64,000 nt of DNA from the IMG/VR virus record IMGVR_UViG_3300027509_000012; one strand, given 5' to 3'. This DNA is from a virus. Numbering within the stretch: the stretch's first letter is position 1; the number at the start of each line of letters is the position of its first letter. Below, piece by piece: positions 8,622-17,248 of the stretch. Both the position numbers and the translations under genes were made by a program. The notes under the pieces were generated by a model that worked only from the letters and a program-made list of their open reading frames with translations, had not been told where the DNA came from and made no database searches.

Positions 8622-10046
8622 ATGAAATTTAAAAAACAAAAAGAATTAATCGAAAATTTAGTTTCCTCTCCTGATGCATTTGCATTATGCAATGCGATAA
8701 TAGATTACGAATATTTTGACGTTGAGCTTCAGCCGACGATGAAATTCATTCTAAGCTACTTTGAAAAATATACTGACCTACCATCTATATCTCAAATAGA
8801 AGCTGAGACTGATGTTGTGTTGGAGCTTAAAGAGATTAAAGAACATCATTTACAATATACTGTAGATGAAGTTGAAATGTTTTGTAAAGGCATGGCACTA
8901 CAAGATGCTGTAATGGAATCGGCAAAGATAATCACAGAAGGTAAGGATTCTGAGCTTATAAGAGAGTTAGTTGAAAATGCTTTATTAGTATCAGTCAAAA
9001 AAGATTTAGGAATTGATTATTTTGCTACTGTTGAAGAACGACTTGCGCGTATGCAGGAAGAAGCAGAATTATTACCTACCTGCTGGCCTATATTTAATGA
9101 AATTATATTTGGTGGATTGGCGAGAAAAGAACTTGTGTTGTTTGCTGCAAATTCTGGTGTTGGTAAATCAGTTGCGCTTGCGAATCTAGGGATGCATTAT
9201 GCCGAGGATGGATTAAATGTGTTATGTATAACATTGGAACTTGCTGAAGATCTTATAGGACAACGATTTGATACCTCAATCACTAGAATATCTAGACGCG
9301 ATTGGAGAGATAATATTAGAGAGATAATAGCTGGTGTTGAAGAACATAAAAAAGAATGTCGTGGTAATTTACAAGTTAAATATATGCCCACAGAAACAAA
9401 GGCTGTTGAGATTCGGACTTACTTAGAACAATATAAATTACATTATGGATTTTATCCTGATGTTATATGTCTTGATTATCTTGATAAGATGACACCAAAC
9501 GCAGCAGTTACTGGAAATGCATTTGATGTTGATAAGAAGATAGCAGAACAACTTCGCCAGATAGCAGTAGATTTTAATCTTGTGATGATCACAGCTTCAC
9601 AGTTAAACCGAGATGCTATTGGTAACTCACAACAAAACCATGCACATATAGCTGGCGGTATCTCTAAAATCAATGAATCTGATTTAGTGGTATCTCTATA
9701 CAAACCCGGCTCCGTTGAAAGTGATGGAAAACAATCAAATGCGCTGCCAGATGCCCTTAATGAAGTAACATTTAAATTTCTCAAGACTAGAAATAGTGAT
9801 GGAGTCGATAAAATTATCGATATGAAATTTAATTCCAACAAAATTCAGTTTGAAGAAGACTCTGAACGTAGCAGAGAATTAAAATTAATTGATGATATGG
9901 ATAGACGTGACAAAGATAAAAATGATATAATTAAAAACAGAACAACATTCGATAAAATAGAAAGCGGTCAATTAGGAATTTCAAATGACAATGACAGCAG
10001 CGAATCCGTATCGTCCGACGACTTATCCAACTTCGAGTTCGGATAA
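8622..10046 (+). CDS. gp41: DnaB-like replicative helicase
   Basis: Walker A AANSGVGKS, ITLEL, Walker B ICLDYLD, TASQLNR, KTRN. Confidence 0.92.
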   Translation: MKFKKQKELIENLVSSPDAFALCNAIIDYEYFDVELQPTMKFILSYFEKYTDLPSISQIEAETDVVLELKEIKEHHLQYTVDEVEMFCKGMALQDAVMESAKIITEGKDSELIRELVENALLVSVKKDLGIDYFATVEERLARMQEEAELLPTCWPIFNEIIFGGLARKELVLFAANSGVGKSVALANLGMHYAEDGLNVLCITLELAEDLIGQRFDTSITRISRRDWRDNIREIIAGVEEHKKECRGNLQVKYMPTETKAVEIRTYLEQYKLHYGFYPDVICLDYLDKMTPNAAVTGNAFDVDKKIAEQLRQIAVDFNLVMITASQLNRDAIGNSQQNHAHIAGGISKINESDLVVSLYKPGSVESDGKQSNALPDALNEVTFKFLKTRNSDGVDKIIDMKFNSNKIQFEEDSERSRELKLIDDMDRRDKDKNDIIKNRTTFDKIESGQLGISNDNDSSESVSSDDLSNFEFG

Positions 10047-10653
10047 CGATTATCATACAATTAATAAAAAGTTAAATGACATATATTTCGACCACGTAAG
10101 CAACTACCACAAATCTCTATTAACTTTTGCAGGCCCATACTGTACTAGTTTGGCTGTGATTGAGAATATGTGTTATCTACTGGCGAAACAAAATCCAGAT
10201 ATTAAAATCGATGTATATGGATTTGGTGGTATGCATATTAAACATACCAGAAAACATTATGATGATTATTCGTTAGAAGCAATGATAACAAAGATTTGGA
10301 AAGATCCACCAGATTTTTTTATTGCTGATTCTCATTCGTCACATGATAAAAGTATACATAATTATTTAATTAGAGCTATTAAAGTTTGTAATGGTATATT
10401 TCTTATATCGCCGAATCGAAATGGTAATTTAACGCAAACAACTATACTAACAAATTCATCGATAGTATTAAAAATTGATGAAGTAATTCAAGATACTGGT
10501 GAAATAAAATTTACTACCTATAAACATATACACTTTGTTCCAAACTCAAATGAATATAATTTAGATTTATATCTTGACAGACAAAGCGACTGTGTATACA
10601 ATTTCGACTATATCAATATGACCGACAACATTAAAGAACTAATTAATTCATAG
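9985..10653 (+). CDS. Degenerate DnaB/RecA-fold paralogue lacking Walker A GK[S/T]
   Basis: Five blocks are colinear with the upstream helicase (see findings); AGGA precedes the ATG. Confidence 0.45.
   Translation: MTMTAANPYRPTTYPTSSSDNDYHTINKKLNDIYFDHVSNYHKSLLTFAGPYCTSLAVIENMCYLLAKQNPDIKIDVYGFGGMHIKHTRKHYDDYSLEAMITKIWKDPPDFFIADSHSSHDKSIHNYLIRAIKVCNGIFLISPNRNGNLTQTTILTNSSIVLKIDEVIQDTGEIKFTTYKHIHFVPNSNEYNLDLYLDRQSDCVYNFDYINMTDNIKELINS
10574..10602 (+). promoter_or_regulatory. Sigma70-type promoter
   Basis: TTGACA-17-TACAAT upstream of 10666. Confidence 0.65.
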
Positions 10654-10665
10654 GAGAACCTTTAA

Positions 10666-10974
10666 ATGTCTGATGAGAACAACCAAAAAGAACAAACAAT
10701 TACAATCGATGGAGTAGCTTATCCAGTCTCTACGCTTTCAGAAAAAGCACAGAGTTTGGTTATTATGTACAATGATTGGAAGGGCGATTTAATTAAAGCT
10801 GAAAAACGTTTCAACCAATTGCAGGTTGCGGTAGAAGGATTAACAAATCAAACCGTACAACAAGTTAGAGCTGATAACCAAGAAAAGGTTAATGCTGAAG
10901 CTAATAGTAAAAAAGCTGATTCTGGTGGTGATGGTGACGGTGCTAGCACTGGTACACCACAAACTGCTGAGTAA
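10666..10974 (+). CDS. Hypothetical coiled-coil protein
   Basis: AGGAG SD; 'ITIDGVAY...LSEKAQ' N-terminus followed by heptads. Confidence 0.7.
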   Translation: MSDENNQKEQTITIDGVAYPVSTLSEKAQSLVIMYNDWKGDLIKAEKRFNQLQVAVEGLTNQTVQQVRADNQEKVNAEANSKKADSGGDGDGASTGTPQTAE

Positions 10975-10990
10975 TATCCCCGTTTTATCA

Positions 10991-11024
10991 ATAGCAATGA
11001 GATGATTAATTGTCTCATTGCTAT
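10991..11024. terminator. Long hairpin (terminator or processing site)
   Basis: 12-bp perfect inverted repeat ATAGCAATGAGA/TCTCATTGCTAT; no strong U-tract. Confidence 0.45.
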
Positions 11025-11104
11025 CTACTTGTTCAAAAATACATTAAAGCAGGCATTTCTGACATAAATATAGTTTATACACTATAGTTGGGAACCTGTG
11101 AAAT

Positions 11105-12238
11105 ATGTCATTACTTAATCAATTAATTAAAGAATCTGCTTCTGCTGGTGCATCTAGTGCTGGAGGAATTGCTAATTCTCGTGACTCTCTGTTTGGTGGT
11201 GGTAGTGGCGATAGCGCAAATACAGGCGTTACTAAGATGATGAAGCGAATGGGCTTTATCGATCTTTCTGAAATACCTTCAAAGAAAAATAAAAAGAAGT
11301 GGATGAAAATGGTGGAATCTACCACCACATATGATTCTGAAATGAAATCATATGACTACAATGATGTAATGTCCAAATTAAATCAAGCAGCAAAAACAGC
11401 CAAGAACGATGGAGATGTTGCTGTGTTTGGTGTTGAAGATGATGAAGGTGCTATTGTAAAAATCTATGTCCCGACTGATCAAGCCGAAGAATTCCAAGTT
11501 GCATTAGCAGAACTTCTTGCTGGTGAAAGCGAAATGTCTCCGACTGGAGAATATGAAGCTGTATCATCTAAAGATATTGCTGAGATAGTTTATGATTTAA
11601 AAACTAAATTTGACATCATCGATGCTGACTGGGGTGAGATTCAAGGCACCGAGGAAGAAGAAGTTGAAGGTGATGTTGTTGCTGGTGATGCTGTAGAAGA
11701 TGATCTTGAAGGTGGTGAGGATCTTGAAGGTGAAGACCTAGAAGGTGGAGATGATCTTGGTGGTGAAGATGAAGCACAGGCCATGACTGCACTACAAGCT
11801 GTTATACAGGCACTTCAGGGTGATGCTGAAGCTAAAAAGGCTGAAGCTGAAGCAAGAAAAATGGAAGCTGAAGCTAAGATTGCACAATACTCTGCTGATG
11901 CTGCAATGGCTAAAGTAAAGCAAGAAGAAGATATCATGGATATGGAACAACATGAAAAGGCTCAAAAGGATGCAAAGAAAGAAGCCGAGACATTAGCAAA
12001 GCTTGCCAAATATAGAAAAGAAACAGATGAAGATGATGTAGATGTTGATTCTAGCGACTTTGTTAGTGATCAAGATGTAGATGATTTTAAATCTCTTGAA
12101 GGTAGTGATCTGGGTGATGATTTGGAAGATGTACCAGAGCCAAGTAAAGAGGAAGAAGAACAATCTGATGATATACCAGAATTAAACAAAGATAAATTAA
12201 TTGAATTGATTTTTAAAAGCTTATCGGCTAACGGATAA
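11105..12238 (+). CDS. Acidic putative internal head/prohead protein
   Basis: ATAAATA late element upstream; N-terminal LIKE-SASAG matches MCP YLTE-SASAG; very D/E-rich. Confidence 0.55.
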   Translation: MSLLNQLIKESASAGASSAGGIANSRDSLFGGGSGDSANTGVTKMMKRMGFIDLSEIPSKKNKKKWMKMVESTTTYDSEMKSYDYNDVMSKLNQAAKTAKNDGDVAVFGVEDDEGAIVKIYVPTDQAEEFQVALAELLAGESEMSPTGEYEAVSSKDIAEIVYDLKTKFDIIDADWGEIQGTEEEEVEGDVVAGDAVEDDLEGGEDLEGEDLEGGDDLGGEDEAQAMTALQAVIQALQGDAEAKKAEAEARKMEAEAKIAQYSADAAMAKVKQEEDIMDMEQHEKAQKDAKKEAETLAKLAKYRKETDEDDVDVDSSDFVSDQDVDDFKSLEGSDLGDDLEDVPEPSKEEEEQSDDIPELNKDKLIELIFKSLSANG

Positions 12239-12242
12239 TAAT

Positions 12243-12539
12243 ATGAAACGAGAACGAAAATTTATTAAATTTCTTTCTGAGGCCGGTGAAAAAATGGTCA
12301 CAGTTGATGCATCTGATCGCAGAGCGGCTGCACAAGAAGTAAATCGGGCGGCTAACAAGAATAGTGCGCAGCTTAAAAAAGCAGAAAGAGCAGACGCCGA
12401 TAAAGAAAAGGCTGAAGCTAAAGCTGAAGAAAATCCTCAATTAAGAGCATTAAAACAACGTCGAGCTAATATGCAGGCTCAAATGGCTGGTATTAATGAT
12501 CAAATTTCAAGAATAGAAGGAAATGGTGGCGAACGATGA
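12243..12539 (+). CDS. Hypothetical helical protein, possibly virion-internal
   Basis: 'KFIKFLSE' N-terminus; A/K/E-rich. Confidence 0.55.
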   Translation: MKRERKFIKFLSEAGEKMVTVDASDRRAAAQEVNRAANKNSAQLKKAERADADKEKAEAKAEENPQLRALKQRRANMQAQMAGINDQISRIEGNGGER

Positions 12540-12934
12540 AATTAAATGAAATAATCGGTGAAGAAATTTCGCTTGAAGAATGTGAAGTAATATGGTGTGA
12601 CGAAGCTGGAAATGAAATACTAGATGAAAGTGCTATTCGGCAATTCAAACGAGTTGGTGCAAAATTAATTAAGAAATTTCGCTGTACAAGCGGTCCTAAG
12701 ACTGGAAAGATGGTAGCTTCACCACAGGCTTGTGGTATGCGAAAAGATCCCGCTAAGGTACGCAGAGGGCGTAAGGTGATGCGAACTAAAGGCGCTATAA
12801 TTAAACGTAAATCAGCGATTGCAAAGAAGAAGTCTAGTTCTAAAATTGTTGCAAGATTAAATGCTCGAATTCGAGGTGATAAACCAAAAGGATCGAATAT
12901 GGGATCTAGAAAGCCGGTAATGAAAAGACTTTAA
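12536..12934 (+). CDS. Highly basic protein, possibly gp68-like prohead core/DNA-binding
   Basis: Acidic N-terminus ending ILDE, then a K/R-rich body. Confidence 0.5.
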   Translation: MKLNEIIGEEISLEECEVIWCDEAGNEILDESAIRQFKRVGAKLIKKFRCTSGPKTGKMVASPQACGMRKDPAKVRRGRKVMRTKGAIIKRKSAIAKKKSSSKIVARLNARIRGDKPKGSNMGSRKPVMKRL

Positions 12935-12967
12935 ATTAATTCCCTTTAGCAAACACTTGCTAGAAAT

Positions 12968-12997
12968 AAAGGTGGTCTTAGGATCGCCTTTCTTTTT
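12968..12997 (+). terminator. Intrinsic terminator
   Basis: AAAGGTGGTC/GATCGCCTTT stem followed by a T-run. Confidence 0.65.
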
Positions 12998-12998
12998 G

Positions 12999-13027
12999 TT
13001 GACGATAAAGCAGTTTTGTTTTAAAAT
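12999..13027 (+). promoter_or_regulatory. Sigma70-type promoter
   Basis: TTGACG-17-TAAAAT. Confidence 0.65.
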
Positions 13028-13053
13028 AGCTCATCGACAAAGAAAATTAATTA

Positions 13054-13743
13054 ATGTTCATACATAAACCACCCAAAATAAAAATTCCAGAAATATACGA
13101 TACCACCACTGAAGATGGTAGAACATACAAAGTAGATGGTGGGAAGATCTATCCATCAATAACAACAGTATTATCGATTAATGATCAAGAATGGTTAACC
13201 GAATGGCGAAATGCTGTTGGTGAACCAAAGGCTAGAGAGATATCAGACATTGCTACGATTCAAGGCAATGCTGTTCATGATATGGCTGAAAAATATCTGG
13301 ACAATGAAGCAATGAAAGATATTTTGATTAACCGTGAAGAAGAACATAAATTTATGTTCCATCAATTGAGATTAGAACTAAAACATATAAACAACATTGT
13401 TTTGCAGGAAGTAGGTTTATACAGCCACGTATTGAAAACGGCTGGTCGAGTTGATTGTATTGGTGAATATAAAGGGATGCCAGCAATTATTGATTTTAAA
13501 ACATCAAGTAATATCAAGGAAAGAGATAAGATATCGAACTATTTCAAGCAAGGGGCTGCATATTCGTTAATGTGGTATGAGCTAACAGGAATAACTATAG
13601 ATAAGGTAGTTATTTTAATGGCTGTTAAAAACAGTCTGTCGCCATTATGTTTTATTGAGCCAGTAGATAAATGGATTAATCCATTACAGAGTGATATAAA
13701 TCGCTTTTTAAGCTCAGCACACAAATTAGAGGTCATATTATGA
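13054..13743 (+). CDS. PD-(D/E)xK exonuclease (Cas4/RecB-like)
   Basis: YPSITTVL, GNAVH, AGRVDC, IIDFKTS, QGAAY. Confidence 0.85.
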   Translation: MFIHKPPKIKIPEIYDTTTEDGRTYKVDGGKIYPSITTVLSINDQEWLTEWRNAVGEPKAREISDIATIQGNAVHDMAEKYLDNEAMKDILINREEEHKFMFHQLRLELKHINNIVLQEVGLYSHVLKTAGRVDCIGEYKGMPAIIDFKTSSNIKERDKISNYFKQGAAYSLMWYELTGITIDKVVILMAVKNSLSPLCFIEPVDKWINPLQSDINRFLSSAHKLEVIL

Positions 13744-14732
13744 TTAAGTATAATAGCTTAAAAGAGTTAAACACAGCATTCACAAGTAAAAGAAGTATTG
13801 TCACAGAAGATAGATTTGAATTAGATGGATCTGTTTATACGTATATGGACTCTACATCCACTCGTCTGCGAGATACATATAAAAAAACACCAAAGCCAAA
13901 TGTCATCGTATATAAAATGACTGAATCTCGTGGTGTTGCTACTAATAGTAATAATGCAATTGTATTTTTATATGAATCATCGATTCAAGGTGCGCGACCT
14001 AAACAAGCAAAATCAATAAGCTTAGATCCTTTTATTAAAAAAATAACTGAAGATGAAGGTAAAGATCCTAATGCAAATAGAATGGTTCTTGGTGATAGTG
14101 TTGAAGTTAGATTCACTAATCTAACAACATCTAATTTCATTAAAGGTAAGGTTGATACTGGTGCGACCATATCATGCTTACATGCTGATGATTACAGTGT
14201 TGATAAATCAACAAATCAAGTAACATTCAAATGCTCTTACTTATCAAATAATTCTCTTACATTATCTTTGGTTGATATGCAATCTGTGCAATCTGCCAAT
14301 GGTACTGAGTTTCGTCCTGTAGTTGAAATGGATATTAAAATTGGCGAAGTTGCATTATCTAAAATGAAATTTAATTTAAATAATCGTGGTGAGATGGATA
14401 CTCCAGTTCTAATAGGACAAAATGTATTGGAAGCAGGTAAGTTTTTAATAGATCCTACTGTTAATGAAAGTTCTGTAATTTCTTGGAGTGATCTTAATGC
14501 TTATATCATAGAAAATATGGAATTCGAATTCTCTCCAACCGCTGGTACTAGCGCTGATGGTCCAAGTAATGATACTATGGCTCCACCAACTGGCTCACCA
14601 GAAGATTTTGAAGCCAGTGAACAAGAGCCTGAACAACACAGTGAAATTGATGATGTATATCAGTTATTGCGTGGTTCTGATATTAAGTTTTCTGATCTAA
14701 TCGAGTACGCTAATACCTATAATGCGGATTAA
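13740..14732 (+). CDS. Retropepsin-like protease (RimK-associated 'Zn protease' family)
   Basis: KVDTGATISCLHA, RPVV, 'FNLNNRGEMDTPVLIGQNVL'. Confidence 0.75.
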   Translation: MIKYNSLKELNTAFTSKRSIVTEDRFELDGSVYTYMDSTSTRLRDTYKKTPKPNVIVYKMTESRGVATNSNNAIVFLYESSIQGARPKQAKSISLDPFIKKITEDEGKDPNANRMVLGDSVEVRFTNLTTSNFIKGKVDTGATISCLHADDYSVDKSTNQVTFKCSYLSNNSLTLSLVDMQSVQSANGTEFRPVVEMDIKIGEVALSKMKFNLNNRGEMDTPVLIGQNVLEAGKFLIDPTVNESSVISWSDLNAYIIENMEFEFSPTAGTSADGPSNDTMAPPTGSPEDFEASEQEPEQHSEIDDVYQLLRGSDIKFSDLIEYANTYNAD

Positions 14733-15303
14733 AAGCCCATTTATAATTAATAAAAAAATAGTTCCTTCAAAGTTATGTGAGGAACTAGTGGATAGCGCGT
14801 TTATAAAAGAGAATGATTTTTACAGTGATCCGTTGAGTAATTTAATAGTAGATGCTATTGCGTTTGAAATTAGCAAACAAATAAACAAGCACTACGATAC
14901 TAAGATAAAAAACTTTTCAGTTACTAGTGAAACATACGATGAAGGTGTTGAGGAAATACATCGTGCAGATAATTCTGTTTATAGTAATGGTAACTGGTAT
15001 AGAAATAAAGATATCGATTTCACGACTATAATTTTCCTAAAAGATTTTAATACTAAACCACCACTTGATCCTAACACTGAAATATTCGGTGGTAACTTAG
15101 AATTCCCCACATTTAATTTTACATTTAATCCTGAAGCTGGTACTGCTGTAACGTACCCTGCATATCCTAATTTTTTAAATGTTTTTACCCCTCCAAAAAT
15201 AGGTACGAATCATATATTGCGAATCTCTTACGAGTCTGATACTATGTTTGTATACGATCATTCAAAGTTTCATGGTAAACCGAATGATTGGTTCAACATT
15301 TAA
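14722..15303 (+). CDS. 2OG-Fe(II) oxygenase-like protein
   Basis: 'H..DNS', 'FTTIIFL.D', 'GGNLEFP', 'P.AG..V.YP'; the distal His position reads Asn. Confidence 0.65.
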   Translation: MRIKSPFIINKKIVPSKLCEELVDSAFIKENDFYSDPLSNLIVDAIAFEISKQINKHYDTKIKNFSVTSETYDEGVEEIHRADNSVYSNGNWYRNKDIDFTTIIFLKDFNTKPPLDPNTEIFGGNLEFPTFNFTFNPEAGTAVTYPAYPNFLNVFTPPKIGTNHILRISYESDTMFVYDHSKFHGKPNDWFNI

Positions 15304-15329
15304 ATTAACATATATCAGGAGTTAAATTT

Positions 15330-15647
15330 ATGAGTGATATTATCATTCCATCGAATCCAAAAGATCGTCAAAAATTAAAAGCTGGAATTACTGAAATCGT
15401 TGACGTATTGACAATGATGGATGGACTCAAAGAAAAGAAAAAGGATATTGTCGATACCCTTAAAGAAGAATATGAATTAAAACCTTCGGTCATCAATAAG
15501 ATGGCAACGATAATGCACAAGCGTTCTTATTCACAACTACAACAAGAAAACGAAGACTTTGAAACAATGTATGAGTCTGTAATTGAAGGTGCTTCGTTAC
15601 CAGAAGATGCGGAAGATGCGGAAGAAGTAGAAGAAGAAACTGAATAA
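15330..15647 (+). CDS. dsbA: T4 DsbA-like dsDNA-binding protein
   Basis: 'KDIVDTLKEEYELKPSVINKMATIMHKRSY...FETMYE' pattern; CAGGAG SD. Confidence 0.7.
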   Translation: MSDIIIPSNPKDRQKLKAGITEIVDVLTMMDGLKEKKKDIVDTLKEEYELKPSVINKMATIMHKRSYSQLQQENEDFETMYESVIEGASLPEDAEDAEEVEEETE

Positions 15648-15649
15648 GT

Positions 15650-17248
15650 ATGAGTTACATTTCTGCTGTAAAGAAAAACGAAACAGTATTTGTTTGGGAG
15701 CGAGATAACGATGGTAACAGGGTAACTAAATCTTACCCTGCCCCGTTTTATTTTTACTCTGGCGATAAGAATGGAAAGCACACCAGTCTATATGGTGAAC
15801 CACTCGAACGCTATGATTTTACTTCCGACTCTGAGTTTTATAATACGAGAAAGAAAGCTATCCAACATGGATATGATTTGTATGAATCAGATATTCCACC
15901 AGAATTAAAAATCTTATCAGAACATTATTATAATGTTCCCGCACCCAAGCTAAATGTGACCTTCTACGATATAGAGGTTGATTACGATACTAGTATAGGA
16001 TTTAGTTCACCATCTAATCCATACGCGGCTGTGAACGCGATAGCTATGTTTCACACTCATAAAAACCAAATGGTAGTTATTGCCATCCCACCAAAAGATG
16101 CCAACTGTGATGTGCCTGACGTTGGTGTTGCTGGTGAAGATTACATTAAAAAAATGAACGACATTACTCCCATTATAGATGGAGTAGACATTGTGATAGA
16201 ATTCTATAAAACTGAAAAAGAAGTTCTTGAACGGTTTTTATTAGAAATCGAAGATACTGATTTAATATGTGGTTGGAACAACAGTGGATTTGATGATCCA
16301 TACATGGGCAAGCGATTAGAATTAATGGGTAAGAAATATTTTAATAAAATGTCATTTGTTGATGCTCCCAATCCGAAATGGAAAATGGTTGAAATTTTTG
16401 GTAAGGAACAACCAGTCATAGAATTGTTTGGTAGAGTATCATTAGATTATCTTACGCTGTTTAAAAAGTATATGATTGAAAATCAACCATCATATAAACT
16501 AGATAACATTGCAGATAAGTTCTTACGTACTGATGGCAAGCCAGATATGCCAAAATTGGAATACGAAGGATCGCTAGCTAGATTATATAAGGATGATTTT
16601 GATTATTTCATTCGATACAATATCCGTGATACAGAAATTCTGTTTGGTTTTGAAAATAAATTAAAATATGTTGCGCTGGCTAATGAAATGGTGCATTTAT
16701 CTACTGGTTTATTTCAACACGTAGCTGGAACAATCAAATTGCACGAACTATCTGTAATAAATTATTGCCATCACGAAATGGGTGGAGTAATCGTTAACGA
16801 TAAAAGAGATAATGATTGGGGTGAAGAAAAAATCAAAGGTGCAATTGTTTTAGATCCTGTTACTGGAATGCATGAATGGAGTAGTTCAATAGATTTAAAT
16901 AGTCTATATCCTTCTGTAATTCGTGCTAATAATATATCACCAGAAACAAAAATAGGACAATTTAAATTAGAAGAAGCTGCGGTGGACCACATTCGAAGAA
17001 AGAGTGATACCCAATTGATATTTGAAAAGGTTAACGGAAAGATAATATCAAAAACTGGAGCTGATTGGAGGAAGTATTTACTTGATCATAATTGGTGTAT
17101 TAGTGGATTTGGCACAGTGTTTAATATGAATAAGCAGGGAGTTGTTCCTAAAATTTTGGAAGATTGGTATGCTAAAAGAAAAACGTATCAAAAACAAATG
17201 ATAGAAGCTAAAGATGCTGCTGCCAAAATATTAGAGAAGTATAAGTAA
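15650..17248 (+). CDS. gp43: Family B DNA polymerase, N-terminal fragment (exonuclease, motif A, first fingers helix)
   Basis: YDIE, GWNNSGFDDPY, YNIRD, SIDLNSLYPS, 'GVVPKILEDWYAKRK'. Confidence 0.92.
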   Translation: MSYISAVKKNETVFVWERDNDGNRVTKSYPAPFYFYSGDKNGKHTSLYGEPLERYDFTSDSEFYNTRKKAIQHGYDLYESDIPPELKILSEHYYNVPAPKLNVTFYDIEVDYDTSIGFSSPSNPYAAVNAIAMFHTHKNQMVVIAIPPKDANCDVPDVGVAGEDYIKKMNDITPIIDGVDIVIEFYKTEKEVLERFLLEIEDTDLICGWNNSGFDDPYMGKRLELMGKKYFNKMSFVDAPNPKWKMVEIFGKEQPVIELFGRVSLDYLTLFKKYMIENQPSYKLDNIADKFLRTDGKPDMPKLEYEGSLARLYKDDFDYFIRYNIRDTEILFGFENKLKYVALANEMVHLSTGLFQHVAGTIKLHELSVINYCHHEMGGVIVNDKRDNDWGEEKIKGAIVLDPVTGMHEWSSSIDLNSLYPSVIRANNISPETKIGQFKLEEAAVDHIRRKSDTQLIFEKVNGKIISKTGADWRKYLLDHNWCISGFGTVFNMNKQGVVPKILEDWYAKRKTYQKQMIEAKDAAAKILEKYK

